Positions 23,278 to 34,112 of a stretch of 64,000 bases of DNA are shown here, in pieces. The position numbers and the translations under genes are program-made. The number at the start of each line of letters is the position of its first letter. Position 1 is the stretch's first letter. This stretch comes from Oopsacas minuta. Its lineage: Eukaryota > Animalia > Porifera. Under the pieces are notes generated by a model. The model did no database searches and was not told the DNA's origin. It worked only from the letters and a program-made list of their open reading frames with translations. The stretch covers positions 1,219,897 to 1,283,896 of the forward strand of contig JAKMXF010000332.1 in the NCBI GenBank assembly GCA_024704765.1, read 5' to 3'.

Positions 23278-24957
23278 CTAAATTAATAACTTGTTAAGAA
23301 ATACCTTCAAAATAGATGCCATATCTCTCAATGTCCAAGTGCTTTTCTGTTTGAAATAAAACAAAATAATAGCATGTAGTGGACTGACAGAAAAACGAAT
23401 CTTTTTGTGTTTCAAACTAACTTCCAATTGCACCAATCCTATATTAACTTTCCATTCTAAAGTTCGTCTAGATTTGAGAGTCCTAAACTCCCAATTCACT
23501 TGATCAAACATAGGGTACAATTCTTCAGGAACTTTCAGATTTTCTTCTACAAAGGTGGGCCAGAAATTGTGTGACAATATATAAGGGAGTAGTTGAAAAG
23601 GAGAATTTGTAATTTTTACTTGCAATGTAGCATGAAACTCTAAAGAGAATGCAATATCCTTTAACATAACTCGACAATGAGTAAAATAAGATTCACCAAA
23701 TTTAGTCTCGAGCTTCGCTAAGTTCGATGACTCAGTGGTCAGGTCAAAATCGAACTGAGCGAGAATCCGATCAGCCAATAGAGTTCTGTATTCAGAAATA
23801 AATAGTTCCTTGCTACCATATATATTCGTGAATATACTTACTATATCTTCTGTTGAGGGTTGTATTTCTGCACAAGAGCTGTAAAAAAATGAAGGTAAAG
23901 GACGATCCTCACTACCTCTGTTACCCAGACCAAGTAGAGGATTCATATTCTCACCATGTTGGACCATTTGCTGGTTAGAATATTTCTGTGTTAGAAATGT
24001 AGAGATAATACAGCGAAAGGTATCATCGCGTCCCTTAAGATAAGCAAAGATAACATTACTGATTAAGTCAATCACGTAGTAGGGTCGTCCCAACGTATGA
24101 ATGGCCTGGATAGCAGATAAGTAATAGGTGAGAATGTCAGTTGTATTGGAGCCTGGGTGTAGTAAGCAAGTTATTGACTCGTATTGGAAATGATCAATCG
24201 AATTAGTACTTTGCTTTGCCCTGAGCAGAGATTTAAACTCGCTTAATCGCGGGAGGGAGTCTGGGTAATTAACAATGAGCGAAAATAAATTATGAGAGTG
24301 ATAATCAATACATTTATGTTGGATTAGGGAAGGCAGAATAGTGGTCGAGAATTCTTGGGCTATTTCGGAAGAAAGAAAATGTTTAGACAAGGAGAGTGTT
24401 GTATCCAGTTGTTGAAGTATAAAGTCTTGTAGGTTAAGGGAATAATTGTGGAATTCTAGTTCAATAAGAGATGTAATGAATAACTCTGAAGCAATGAGGA
24501 AAGGATTTTGATAGAATAATTGAATTAGTATGGTTTGAGAATTTAAGAGAGTTTTGTTTGTTGAAAGAGAACTTTGAGGATTGTCAATAAAAAATTGTTC
24601 CAATATATATGCAGAAGATTTATCTTTAAATATTTCAATAAATTGTTCAGTAATCTGATCATATATAAATTCGCGATGTTCAGCGAACAAATGACAAAGA
24701 GAATAAAAAAGTGAATCAAGTGAGTGAGTGGGAGAAAGAAGGAGAACACATTTGTCTATATTACGTGCAATAGATGAATCTTGTTCTTCGAAAGGTTTAG
24801 AAAAGAATGACTTAATATCTAAAAAGTCCAGAAGATGATGTTCAATAGATTCTGAATCGGAAATAAGGTGAGTGAAGTTTTCAATTAGAGATTCTAATGC
24901 AGTCTCTTTTGCCATTTCTTCAGCAACAAAATCTCCACAATTAAAATGTTCATTCAT
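23278..24957 (-). CDS. ANAPC2: Anaphase-promoting complex subunit 2 (cullin-homology), C-terminus apparently missing
   Basis: 559-aa ORF with LLHPGSNTTDIL, YLKGRDDT, IYGSKELFISEYRTLLADR, VMLKD, ILSHNFWP, RTLEW motifs; ends before the WHB domain, with a possible donor AAG|GTATTT at ~23305. Confidence 0.88.
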   Translation of the reverse strand: MNEHFNCGDFVAEEMAKETALESLIENFTHLISDSESIEHHLLDFLDIKSFFSKPFEEQDSSIARNIDKCVLLLSPTHSLDSLFYSLCHLFAEHREFIYDQITEQFIEIFKDKSSAYILEQFFIDNPQSSLSTNKTLLNSQTILIQLFYQNPFLIASELFITSLIELEFHNYSLNLQDFILQQLDTTLSLSKHFLSSEIAQEFSTTILPSLIQHKCIDYHSHNLFSLIVNYPDSLPRLSEFKSLLRAKQSTNSIDHFQYESITCLLHPGSNTTDILTYYLSAIQAIHTLGRPYYVIDLISNVIFAYLKGRDDTFRCIISTFLTQKYSNQQMVQHGENMNPLLGLGNRGSEDRPLPSFFYSSCAEIQPSTEDIVSIFTNIYGSKELFISEYRTLLADRILAQFDFDLTTESSNLAKLETKFGESYFTHCRVMLKDIAFSLEFHATLQVKITNSPFQLLPYILSHNFWPTFVEENLKVPEELYPMFDQVNWEFRTLKSRRTLEWKVNIGLVQLEVSLKHKKIRFSVSPLHAIILFYFKQKSTWTLRDMASILKVFLNKLLI

Positions 24958-25041
24958 TTCAGATACAAAATGATATATATCATGAACTAATAAAGAACCA
25001 AATCTAAAATTGCCGTATTAATTAACAGTACCCCTGTATAT

Positions 25042-26150
25042 CAGTGTTTCCCAACCTTTTTCACTAACTGCCCACTTAACCCGAGTTAGACAAAGTTTAA
25101 AAATTGCAAAATGAATAATAAAAATATCTTTCAATTATTTATTTACTTTATATTCATAAAAACAACAATAAATATGCATATGAGAAACTTGAAAACGCGG
25201 AATTCGGATTCAGCGTACTTTGTTGCCCTATTGTAGCTGTTAAGAGCAAGTCTACGTATATTTTGAGATTTCAACCATTTGTTTACTTATAATCATAAAA
25301 ACAACAATAAATTTCATATGATTAATTCAAAAGTATGAAAATCAGATTCAGCATATTTGATATATTTATTCAAGCTAGATAGAAATCTGTTTACATTCTT
25401 GATAAACACGATAAATACATTATAGTTATGTGACATCTCATAATTAAGAAATTCGAATTCAATACTACATTCCATAAGTCCTTTCCTTGACAACGGACAA
25501 AGCACACACAACAATCGAGTTTGAATAATATAATGGAGGACCAAAATTCCAATATTGTTTCAAGTAGTATCCCTTTGATAACCATCTGACATCAAGGAGA
25601 AGTCGTTCGAAATGTTCATCATTCTCATTATAAAACTGTTGAAAGAGACCATCTTTTAGTGTTCGTGTTTTAATACTGTTAATTGCGGTGATAACTACTT
25701 GTGGTGAGGAATTTAGCTCATTACTAAGCTTCTTGGCTACCAAGTGTTGACGGAATATTACACAATGTATGGAACATACGTTAGGAACTGCCTCCACGAT
25801 AGCAACCACCAATCATTGAAGGAGCACCATCCGTTGAACATGCGATAATTTCGGAAGAATGAGCTTCTCGCCAATACAATGTGGCTTCCCATTTTTGCAA
25901 TTAATTTGGAAATATTGTATGAAGCTAAGATTCCGTCTTTGTTCTTAATATTTCCTTTCTTAAACATGTTAGAAGAAGTATTCCGCTTCATTATTTTAGC
26001 CTTTAAATTTCGAAAAAAGCAATGTCTTCGTTGCTATGCTCACGATGTTTTATCGAAAAGTGTTCTTTCAGTCTTGATGGTTTCATTGCTTCATTGGAAA
26101 AATCATGTCCGCAAATCACACACACAGGAGGTTGACAATTAGATGCAATC
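25042..26150 (-). mobile_element. hAT-Charlie (SCAND3/ZBED8-like) transposase remnant
   Basis: TIR cagtgtttcccaacc at 25042; ASYNISKLIAK and HCVIFRQHLVAK...VRWLSKG motifs; internally deleted. Confidence 0.8.
25140..25537 (-). mobile_element. Non-autonomous Helitron copy inside the Charlie remnant
   Basis: Reverse-strand match to the 10405/56442 family (tttccttgacaacggacaaa; cataaaaacaacaataaat). Confidence 0.7.
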
Positions 26151-26299
26151 GATTCAGAGATACTAATTATTAGTATCGTAATAATATCTCTGAATAGATT
26201 GGTACTTGCGATTCAGATAAGCCCAGCCTTCCCCGACGTTTTTCCTGGGGGGGCCACCCCTGCAATGACACCTATGTATATAGTTAGTGATATATTAAA

Positions 26300-27250
26300 T
26301 TTGAGATATATTCGAAAATTTCTAATATTTCTAATACTATTCCTCCAATCTAATATATACAAACTCGATGTATATCAACGTCATGTGGAGTTTTTATTTG
26401 TTTCTATATGACACTAATGATGTTTTTACAATCCATTGAACTATTTCCTGATTTTCTATTAGCTATTTTGCCTTACCAATACTCTAATCTGACATCGTTA
26501 TGATCTTCTCATAATACAATAGCGTGGGGATATATCAGTAGAAATTCGGATTTATTCATTTTTATAACTCATGGGTTTCCAAAACTCATATACAGAAGAT
26601 GCCGGATATAAGAACCACAACTTGAATTAAGTAATCTTTTGTATTCTACTCCATGGAATTTTACCTGTTATAAAAACACTCCTAGTGTAGTATCAAAATT
26701 GGTTTTCATTACCAGTATGTTTGTAGAATTTGGCATAAATTATATAGTAGATATGACAATACTTTTCTTTAATATGGTTTCTACATCCAAATATGTTTAA
26801 ATTAGTGTTTTCATAACCGGCATTTACTATATACTACATACTGGTTATAAGAACATTATGTCCAGTTCCCGACGATGTTATTATAACCAGCGTACACTGT
26901 ATTATCAAATCATAAACGTTAAATCTTGTGCTCTTTTGTGAAATCGCACTAAATTATATGAAGGTATAATCGTACGTAAATTTTGGCTTATCCAATCGAG
27001 TTCTTTGCATCGATTTACTATATACACAAAATTTCAAACACAATGGTGCTACCTACATTACTATTCCCCCTAAAGTGCCTGTTTTTGTCCACTGTGTGTC
27101 CACCTAAAATGAACTACTTGCCAGGATTACAAGACATCCTTTTTGTAATTATTCATTCTAGAATGACTACATCTATCATCCTACCCCCAATCTCGATAAT
27201 ATTTAATATTCAAGAATATTGTGTTTTCCTCTTACAAATTTGTTGCTAAA
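26300..27250 (-). pseudogene. Decayed coding remnant homologous to 41850-42040; possibly CMC/EnSpm-like transposase C-terminus
   Basis: Minus-strand VKFHGVEYKRLLNSSCGSYIRHLL matches plus-strand VKFNGVTFKRFGNSS...CSYIRHLL at 41.9 kb; family call is a guess. Confidence 0.35.
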
Positions 27251-27975
27251 GTGAACTCGAACTTTGCCATATGTTGGAAGAGTATTCTATAGTGTACCAC
27301 TTTTTAATCAGGTTATTTGATTTCAACCAATATATAGGATATAGTTTGTACAACTCGATAATCCGGACATGGCGGTAAGTTGGACTCAATAATTCCAGCA
27401 AAAACCAGTATAATGGTGTTAAAATATGCTATCGGGGTTGATATGTGTATAAATAGACTCGACTAGCCCAGCGGCGTCGAACAAGACAAGGGTCACTTGA
27501 AAATGACAAAATCAGCTTTGCTAGGGAAAATATTCACAAATATTTTCGAGTGACAACTCAAATGAAGGAAAAATTACGTTGATTACGAATATTGACGTAA
27601 AATTCGGACTACTGCAATCCGTTAACTAGAACAGATTTTGATTTCCTCCGAGGTTTCGAGTTTCCGGATTCACTATCTGAATTTCGTAATTTTAGCATAC
27701 AGTCGCCTGTTTTTCTAATTATTTTATGTTTGTATTTTGGTTATGCAAAATCGACTTGTTTAATGTGGATTTTGGAATCCATGAGTAAATTGACCCCACA
27801 AATTGGAGTCTTGAACGAAGTTCACACCTATAATGAAATTATGAATTGATACCTTTTTGGATGTTTGAAAAATCACATTATTGCACACTGCTCTGCCGAA
27901 CACAGAATCCATTAAAATACACATTTTAGCACGATTTGAAATGATGTACCGCCCATCTTTGTATGAATATATATA

Positions 27976-28348
27976 CAGTCAAACTTGTCTATAACAGCCA
28001 CCGAAGGGACTGACCAAAAGTGGCCGTCATAGACAGGTAACCGATATAGAGAGGTTGACCGTTATACACTAGTGTGGTAGTGACTTTATGTTAATGGTGA
28101 TGATATAGAGAAGTTGACCTTTAAGACAAGTGACCGATAAAATACTATAGTAGAAGTAGTTAGTGATGGCCACCCAACGACTTGTGAAAGGTAGACCTTA
28201 TGGGAGGCGACCACTATATAATGTGGCCGTTAGATAAAGGAACTGGCCGTTATATAGAGGTAGTGGCCGTTATAGACAGGTTTAGCGCCAGTAAGGGACA
28301 AAAAATAGTGGCCGCTATGTACAGGTGACCGTTAAGCAGGTCTGACTC
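27976..28348. mobile_element. Tc1/pogo-type MITE with tandem gtggccgtta repeats
   Basis: TA|cagtcaaacttgtctataac ... gttaagcaggtctgactc|TA. Confidence 0.75.
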
Positions 28349-28539
28349 TATATAATTAAGCCTATACTTATTGAGTACTATAATTGGAAGTTTCGACTAT
28401 AATATTAGACTATATTTGGAGAATACACTAATCAGAGGATCGTAAATGGGATCTTGATGGGATCGTAGAAGCTTATAGAATCCTTTGAGACTCAAATTAT
28501 TATTATGTATTTATTTCATATCTCTCTTGAATAAATATA

Positions 28540-29665
28540 CTAGGTGGCTTCTAAGTTCTGATACATCGAAAACATGGCCTAGATTGTAAACCTAGTACAT
28601 CTAGGATTTGTTGAGGTCCTTGTTCATTGCTATGATGTGATTGAAATCAAACTATATAAAAATTACTCAATGTACCCACCTTGTTTCTTAATAACTGCTC
28701 AGAGACGTCCAGGCACGGGCTCAATCGCGGCATGCAGTGTTTCTTCAGGAATTTTCGCCCATTCCGAACACAAATACCTCCTGAGCGACTCGATATTCAT
28801 GTGAGATTTAGCGTAGGCATTTGTTTCTAATATCCACCGAATGGAAAAGTCCATCGGGTTAAGATTCGGGCTAGAGAGGGGGGCCATTCTTTTTTTGAGA
28901 TGTAATCAAGAATGTTCCAGGAGACAGGCCTGAGTAACCTTTGACGTATGAGCTGGTGCACCTTCTCGTTGAAAAAGAATGACTGGTTGTGAAACATTGT
29001 TTCGCTCAGGCCTTTCACAGCAGATTCTAAAATCAGATCTTTGTAAGTTATTGAGTTAATTCTCACCTCAGAAGGTACGAAAATCAGCGGGGTGCGGCCT
29101 ACCGCTGAAATTCCGGCCGAAACCATCACGGAAGCCGGATTTTGAGTTCTTTTACGTATTTGAGGTTATCTGGGATTCCAGAAGGAACAGATGCATGGAT
29201 CCGATCATTTCGACGATTATAGGCCTGCTCAATTGTGAATAATTTCTCGTCGGTATAGAGAATATTCTCTATGCCGCGAACCGCGAACCGCTTGATAAGT
29301 GATTTCCTTCCTCATTCTGGTAGTAGTAATCGAGGTCGGGCGTCCGCTCCTAGACCTGTCTTGTATTCTTCTGATATCCTTATATCGATTTATCTTGCGA
29401 TATACGAACAAACGTCTCCTCTTTTCAATATTCAGGGTATCATTATTTTGCACGGACTTGTACCTTTCTCATATAGCTAAATTATTGATGCTCGAATTTT
29501 TCTATCACAAAATTTTTTGTAAGTACCTTGACACAGTTAATCAAATAATTAATTAAATTTTCTTGAGATTCAATATTTCCTATTGTATTGCTCAATTAAG
29601 AATCCAAGCGAAGATATGCGATAATTGACAGTTTGCAATATTGTATCAGAGTTAAAAGCACGACT
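28540..29665 (-). mobile_element. maT/DD37D-like Tc1-mariner element, internally deleted pseudogene
   Basis: RSGRP, SVMVSAGIS, WPPSSPNLNPMDFSI, GGYIE* motifs; TIR ta|ctaggtggcttctaagttctgatac with a degenerate partner gtatcagagttaaaagcac at ~29643. Confidence 0.8.
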
Positions 29666-31335
29666 TCAATTCCAATACAATCTGAATTTTATTCCTTGCC
29701 TATATCTAGTTATGGAAATCCTCGAAATAATATAGTATCTCAAATGTGAATGCATTATGTGCATTGGAGCTTAAATGGTGTGATATTGAAAGAAGCATAA
29801 ATGAGAACCAGAATTGGCGTTACTCGAATTCATTTCGAGATAAATTATCTAAGCATATATTTGGTAGAAATCGGGCTCGTCAACGTGCAAAAATAATGAA
29901 TGTATGGCGCAAGAACCGAACTAGAATTCATCACAAATTCATGATATTTCCAATGTCTGATGAACCTCATATACCTACCTTGAAATTACCAATTAGTATT
30001 ACTTTCCAACAATTCTCACCTGCTTTTTTTCTAACCTGAGTTGGCAATTCTCTTTTGCAAAAGTGTAAAAGTGAAAATCTAATCTAGAAAGGTAGAAAGT
30101 TCGAGTGTTACTATTAATACAAGTTCAATTGATTATAACCTAAATAATACTCATTTTACTCACATGTATGAAGAAATTGAAGTTTCTTCAGCATTAGACA
30201 GTTTGGTGACAAGTAAAACTGCAGAAATATAACTACGCAAATGTGAGTATCCAAAATCTTTAAATTTTTCCCTGAGTAACGAGAATGGAGCATTACATAT
30301 CCACATATTAATGGAAACCAATTGAACACCGAATGGTCTAATCTCTTCACTGAAAAATCTTAATTTTCCTCAATTTGTGTCATTGAATTTCTCTATCATC
30401 GAATTAATAAGAAATCTAGCATTCGAAATTGCTCGTATCTTGTTGGAGAGCAATTTTTATATTCAAGAACTGTTTGAAATTTTAATTTCGGATAAGTGAT
30501 ATTCCTAATGCTGTAACAGAAGATATTTTCGTTCAAGTAAACGTTATAGGATCGATTTCTCAGGAACACTTTGATAATATGATTGCATATTCGCAAAAAT
30601 CAACTGGCCAAGAAAGGACAATTGTTGCTGAACAATAATCTCAAAATTCCGTGAGTAATTATCATTACGAACAATTTGAACTATATAATAGTTTGGTCGT
30701 TGCAAGCAGGGGAATCTAAACTTTTGAGATCTCAAGAAGTCCCTCGAAAGTTAAATCAGAACATAAAGCAAAGAACAGACATAGTGACGATATGTGGCAA
30801 GATATCATACTCACTCAAAATATAAAAATCTTTATTCATATATGTTCTGCACATATAATGAACCGTTTAAGTTATAAGATTGAACATAAAGTAAGACCGA
30901 CTAAAGAGACTAAAAAGTATTAATGTTTATAATGGCCCGAATTACAAGTTGCACAACCATAGAAGAAGTGGACAAATTCTTCACATCTCTATGCTTATTA
31001 TGTTTATCCGGATGAAATTCCCTGAAATAGAGCAATACATCAAACATCTTGAGAATGCAATTTTTAATATTGATGAAAACTATGAACTAGTAGTAGACTA
31101 TTTATCTGAAATTAGTGAAATAGACGAGGAATTATCTAATGAACTAGGAGATAGTATGACATATAGAAAAATGTCTCCATTCGGAAGACATTATGATGCC
31201 ATACGACAGAAGAGTGATTCCTTTGCACGAAATTTACAATCTCGTAAGCAAAGAGCACCCCTGGAAGAAAACAGCAGATATTACTCACCGAATCTTCCTG
31301 ATTATTTGGCAACGTCTATATGCCAATATGTCCTC

Positions 31336-34043
31336 CACGGGTGTAAATTCTTTACGAAAAATTGAAAAATTATCAACGCAAAAAGAGCGTATGGAATATG
31401 TAATACAATGTTTGTTGAGTAAGAAATTGATATTTACTGACTTCTGTGAAGTCTGGAAAATTATTTCAAATTTTAAATTTTGACCATTACTTTGGCTACA
31501 AATCTCAAAAATGCTAATTAGGCTCAATATCTGGCTTGTGAATATGAATTTACCGCTATTCTATATTTGCGACAATTTTTCAAAACATTATGAACATCTA
31601 ACAAACCATTTCTGAGATATGTCTGCTTATATGTGAATATCGGACGTTTGTTGAACATATTCCTCTCGATTTTTCAATTTTTCATAAATGGCCGAAACGG
31701 TTACTATATATCATTTGAATCACTTAGATCTGAGTTTTCAGAAATAGTTAGCCAATTCTGCAATTCTACTTTCTCTTCATCATCTTCAATCAATTCGTCA
31801 TCAATATCAATTCCTGAATTTCTTTTTCGAGATTTTCTGTGTTTGGCCTCAAAGCTCTATCTCACTCCAGGTTGCGACCATACAATCAACAAGACGTTGA
31901 GAGTAAATAGGATTTCTGCTCTTGTCTTGAAGCGAAAATCCCATACACTTTGTAATCGTGATGGAGCATTTCACAACATTGCTCAGAACTAATGGCTGCT
32001 CCTAAATTAGGAATTCTTTCATAACGATAGAAATACTCTTCATAATGATCTGAGAGAATATGCGATTTCAAAGACCATGACAAACCTGTATTATGCCATG
32101 CCTCACGAAAATTTCTAATGCTGTCTTGCAATCCAAATTTCCTTACTCACGAATTTTGCAGAATTTTCGGGAATGGGATATATTCCAAATTGTCTAAGAG
32201 CCTTGAATATGAATTGCCCTTGAGAGTACCATTCCAATATTCAGATCTGAAGATATTATACTTGTGCAGTACTGCACAATGAAGTTTGAAAAGTATGCGT
32301 TGTCCTCTTCTCGATGAACAATCACTAGGCCTTGCAATACTGTATAATTTGTTTACCAATCCCAAAAAAATATGTAATGGAGCGAGATCAATTTTTTTCA
32401 AAACTGACTCAGTCCAGATAATGATAGGTTCATTAACGACATCATGATGCTTTTTGGAAAGATCTATTAACAATTCTTCACGCTTCCTCAATTCATCTGG
32501 TATGCCGGTACATAAAGTACCATTACGCCACAAACAAAAGGGACAAGGGAAATTGCTGGAAGCTTGTTTGATCCCAACAAGCAGAGCTGCTACTTTAAAG
32601 TCACATGCAATTTGGACGGGAAAATCAAAAGTGAATAATATCTGTATTGATGGATAAGTAAACAGTTGTTTCAGATTGTGATAGTTCTCAGGACCCTTTC
32701 CCATGGTAATGCCAATGTTAGTTCGGACACTATTAGGAGTAAGCATATATAATCTTCTAGGATTCATCGAGATAATATTCACAGATATATTCAAGAAATT
32801 TTTCTCCCCCATCGATATGTAATTCTAAACGAGAAATTCGATTGAATTTGTTGTTGTGACAATATTAAAGAATATTGTTATTAATGCAAAAACCAAATGG
32901 CTCTGGTAGAATAGCCATATTACTTCTGGTGATATATTGGCTTTCTTCAATAGCTTGTGGAAACTCGACATTAGTGCGATCTTGTCCCCATGTATTGATA
33001 GTAATTTTCCTGTTTCTAGGTTAGATAACCTAGCCCGACAAATGCTACAGATCACTTTTGGTTTTAGTAGATCACCTACCTCTGATGCAAAGTTAACTTG
33101 GTAATATTTCTGGGCTCTATTTGATACCAGTTGCGAAGGTGGTTGCCGAAGAGATTCCCTTGCCAGAGCTTTTGAAGCAAGCCGATTGTAGCAAAACTTA
33201 CAAACTCGATAAAGATCATCAAGATGATAATTATCATAGAGAGATGATACTTCAGTTGGTATGGCCATTTAGAAATAACAGAAAAGGAATATTGAGGATT
33301 GAATTTCGAAATACAACTTAATAATCAAATATTTACAATACTATATATAGTACATATATACGCATCTAGAAAAATCAAGAAGCATTGTATATACAAATGG
33401 CTGAATTGCCAATCATAATCAGGATCCAATGGACATGTTAATATTGCCATATTTGTGGTTTCACAGACTTTGTATCTAATTAGTATAAGAATATATATAT
33501 ACGCAGTAAATATTTCATGATTTATGTTCAATATTACCAATTATGGATAGGCGTTCATTGTTCAACGTCATAACTCGAATAATAGAGTCTCAAATGTTAG
33601 TAATGGGTACTATTATAACCATACATAGCACACTTTCGACACTAATGCACATGAATAATACCGAGAAAATGATATATAGTAACCGTTTCGGCCATTTATG
33701 AAAAATTGAAAAATCGAGAGGAATATGTTCAACAAACGTCCGATATTCACATATAAGCAGACATATCTCAGAAATGGTTTGTTAGATGTTCATAATGTTT
33801 TGAAAAATTGTCGCAAATATAGAATAGCGGTAAATTCATATTCACAAGCCAGATATTGAGCCTAATTAGCATTTTTGAGATTTGTAGCCAAAGTAATGGT
33901 CAAAATTTAAAATTTGAAATAATTTTTCCAGACGTCACAGAAATCAGTAAATATCAATTTCTTACTCAACACTGTATTACATAATCCATACGCTCTCTTG
34001 CGTTGATAATTTTTCAATTTTTCCTAAAGAATTTACACCCGTG
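31336..34043 (-). mobile_element. Chapaev (CMC) element with ~380-bp TIRs
   Basis: CACGGGTG...CACCCGTG termini, TSD CCTC/CCTT; ORFs with H-x7-C-x2-C...P-x3-C-x2-C, ENYHNL, CDFKV-ALLVG...FPCPFC, PLHIFLGLVNKL, LKSHILSDH, SEQCCEMLHHD. Confidence 0.82.
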
Positions 34044-34112
34044 CCTTTATGGATCGGGCTGATTATTGCCAGACTCTATTTCCGGGGAAGTCAGAAGTAA
34101 TCTTTACAAATT

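Noticed and set aside
31193-31992. ORFs 31193-31483, 31285-31527 and 31633-31992 as genes
   Set aside because: They lie in the Chapaev left TIR or antisense to its acidic tail; no recognisable motifs.
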